A stretch of 28,752 bases of DNA. Origin: Thermodesulfovibrionales bacterium (GTDB lineage Bacteria; Nitrospirota; Thermodesulfovibrionia; Thermodesulfovibrionales; UBA6898). The stretch lies in the NCBI GenBank assembly GCA_044450345.1, contig JBIOIY010000040.1, positions 1 to 28,752 of the forward strand, read 5' to 3'. This document shows, piece by piece, positions 27,033-28,752 of the stretch (position 1 is its first letter; each line of letters opens with the position of its first letter). Both the position numbers and the translations under genes were made by a program. The notes under the pieces are model-generated. The model was not told the DNA's origin and ran no database searches. It saw only the letters and a list, made by a program, of their open reading frames with translations.

Positions 27033-27530
27033 ATGATCAGCGTTGCTATTATTACTTTGAGCGACAAGGGTTCGCGCGGGGAACGGGAAGACCTTGGCGG
27101 TCCTGAAATTAAGGAGATGATAAAAGGGATAGGCACTGTCCAATACTACGAAGTGATGCCCGACGAAAAGGAATTGATAAAAGAAAAGCTGATCGATTAC
27201 AGTACCAAGGTGGATCTGATCATAACTACCGGAGGCACCGGGCTTTCCCCAAGAGACGTAACACCCGATGCGACCCTCGAGGTCATCGACCGCGAGATAC
27301 CCGGCATCGCCGAAGCGATGAGGATGGAGGGTCTGAAGAAGACGGACAGGGCAATGCTTTCGAGGGCGGTTGCCGGGGTCAGGGGTAACGCATTGATCAT
27401 CAACCTGCCGGGAAGCCCGAAGGCGATCAGAGAGGGTCTCGCTGCTGTCGTGGGCGTCATACCTCATGCGGTCGAAAAGATAAAAGGGAGCATGGAAGAC
27501 TGTGCCCCCGGGAACACGGGCGCACGATGA
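27033..27530 (+). CDS. mog: Molybdopterin adenylyltransferase, MogA/MoaB family
   Basis: TLSD, PDE, TTGGTGLSPRDVTPDAT, LSR and INLPGSPKA. Start placed at ATG 27033. Confidence 0.9.
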   Translation: MISVAIITLSDKGSRGEREDLGGPEIKEMIKGIGTVQYYEVMPDEKELIKEKLIDYSTKVDLIITTGGTGLSPRDVTPDATLEVIDREIPGIAEAMRMEGLKKTDRAMLSRAVAGVRGNALIINLPGSPKAIREGLAAVVGVIPHAVEKIKGSMEDCAPGNTGAR

Positions 27531-28249
27531 AGGATGTCTCGTTCCCCCTCGCCTTTCTGGCCGGTGTCTTTTCTTTCCTGTCTCCCTGCGTCCTGCCGCT
27601 AGTCCCCTCATATGTCTCTTTTATTACCGGCGTTTCCTTCGAGGACCTGAAGGAAGGGGCGGACAGAAAAAAAATACGGTTTCTTACGATCACCAATTCC
27701 CTTGCCTTTATCTGCGGCTTCTCCCTTATCTTTATCGCGCTCGGCGCGTCATCTTCCGCAGTGGGGCAATTCTTCTTCAATTACCAGGACTGGATAAGGA
27801 TTGTCGGAGGCGTCCTCGTGATTTTGTTCGGGCTGTTCATCTCGGGCATCGTGAAAATAGATTTTCTGACAAGGGAGAGGAAATTTCATATGAGCGGAAA
27901 GCCGGCGGGGTATATCGGCTCATTCCTTGTGGGGATGACGTTTGCGGCCGCATGGACGCCATGCATCGGCCCGATCCTCGGGACTATCCTGCTCTACGCC
28001 AGTTCCCATGGCTCGGCTGCCTACGGGTTTAAGCTGCTTTCGGTGTATTCCCTCGGCCTGGCCTTGCCGTTCTTCCTGTCTTCCCTGATGTTCAACTCCT
28101 TTCTGAGTTATTCCGCAAAGATAAGGAAATACATGAGGGTCGTCATGCTGGCAAGCGGCGCCCTGCTTGTCGTCTTCGGAATTCTCCTCCTTACTAATAA
28201 TGTACGGCTGCTTTCCGCCTTGTTCCCGGACATCGGGATAAGCTTCTAG
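27527..28249 (+). CDS. ccdA: Cytochrome c biogenesis protein CcdA (DsbD transmembrane domain)
   Basis: SFLSPCVLPLVPSY and WTPCIGPIL redox Cys motifs, with 6 TM segments. ATGA overlap with mog. Confidence 0.93.
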   Translation: MKDVSFPLAFLAGVFSFLSPCVLPLVPSYVSFITGVSFEDLKEGADRKKIRFLTITNSLAFICGFSLIFIALGASSSAVGQFFFNYQDWIRIVGGVLVILFGLFISGIVKIDFLTRERKFHMSGKPAGYIGSFLVGMTFAAAWTPCIGPILGTILLYASSHGSAAYGFKLLSVYSLGLALPFFLSSLMFNSFLSYSAKIRKYMRVVMLASGALLVVFGILLLTNNVRLLSALFPDIGISF

Positions 28250-28259
28250 CAGCGCCTGT

Positions 28260-28616
28260 ATGCTAGAACATCACAGTCAACCGTTGAGCAGCCGAAGGGA
28301 ATTCTTCTTAAGGCAGATGCGCTATGCAGGGTTTTCCCTGTTGATCCTCCTGTTTGCTATCGGGCTGGGCGTCCTCGGGTATCATCACTTTGGTAATCTC
28401 CCCTGGGTTGATTCTTTTCTGAACGCCTCGATGATACTTGCCGGAATGGGACCCGTGGACAAGATGGAGACCGAGGCCGGGAAACTTTTTTCCGCGTTCT
28501 ATGCGTTGTTCAGCGGTATTTCCTTCATTACGTTTGTCGGGCTCCTCTTCGCACCTGTCTATCACCGGTTCCTGCATAAGTTCCATCTCGATATCGAGGG
28601 CAGGGGCAGGAGGTAA
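28260..28616 (+). CDS. Small two-TM membrane protein resembling an ion-channel pore module
   Basis: TM1 ending in GY, then WVDSFLNASMILAGMGP (pore-helix-like), then GKLF and TM2. Confidence 0.75.
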   Translation: MLEHHSQPLSSRREFFLRQMRYAGFSLLILLFAIGLGVLGYHHFGNLPWVDSFLNASMILAGMGPVDKMETEAGKLFSAFYALFSGISFITFVGLLFAPVYHRFLHKFHLDIEGRGRR

Positions 28617-28625
28617 GATTTAACG

Positions 28626-28752
28626 ATGTCCAAAACAAAAACTTTCTTTCAGTGCCAGTCATGCGGCAATGCGAGTCCTAAGTGGATGGGAAAGTGCCCG
28701 GACTGCGGCGGCTGGAACACGTTTGTGGAGGAGAAATCCTCGCCGGCCAACC
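28626..28752 (+). CDS. radA: DNA repair protein RadA/Sms, 5' end (truncated by the window)
   Basis: MSKTKTFFQCQSCGNASPKWMGKCPDCGGWNTFVEE is the RadA N-terminal C4 zinc finger. Confidence 0.92.
   Translation, partial: MSKTKTFFQCQSCGNASPKWMGKCPDCGGWNTFVEEKSSPAN

Overview
Bacterial chromosomal window with no integrase, transposase, phage gene or CRISPR array. Gene content and order suggest an anaerobic diderm such as Nitrospirota/Thermodesulfovibrionia or Desulfobacterota, but this is inference only. The left half (466-14993, mostly minus strand) is an LPS/surface-glycan locus: msbA, four GT2 and two GT4 glycosyltransferases, O-antigen ligase, two SAM methyltransferases, CE4 and PIG-L deacetylases, a CX5R phosphatase on the opposite strand and ugd, followed by tRNA-Val(CAC). 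The right half is housekeeping and redox genes: CYTH, HU, CaCA antiporter, Cys-rich protein, bioF, SufR-like regulator, ferritin-like protein, split class I fumarase, NDUFA9-like SDR, USP, metK, ahcY, MOSC, Mog/MoaB, ccdA, a small channel-like protein and the 5' end of radA. The best leads lie outside the ORF track. (1) A 25-aa Cys/Lys-rich peptide gene at 17930-18007 has its own promoter, SD and terminator. (2) CGTC-type palindromic repeats carry second palindromes inserted at the same stem-loop junction at two loci, and GTAG-type REPs are also present. (3) Several genes look leaderless. (4) An internally deleted USP mini-gene is coupled to the antiporter. All product calls come from motif recognition by eye, and no searches were run.
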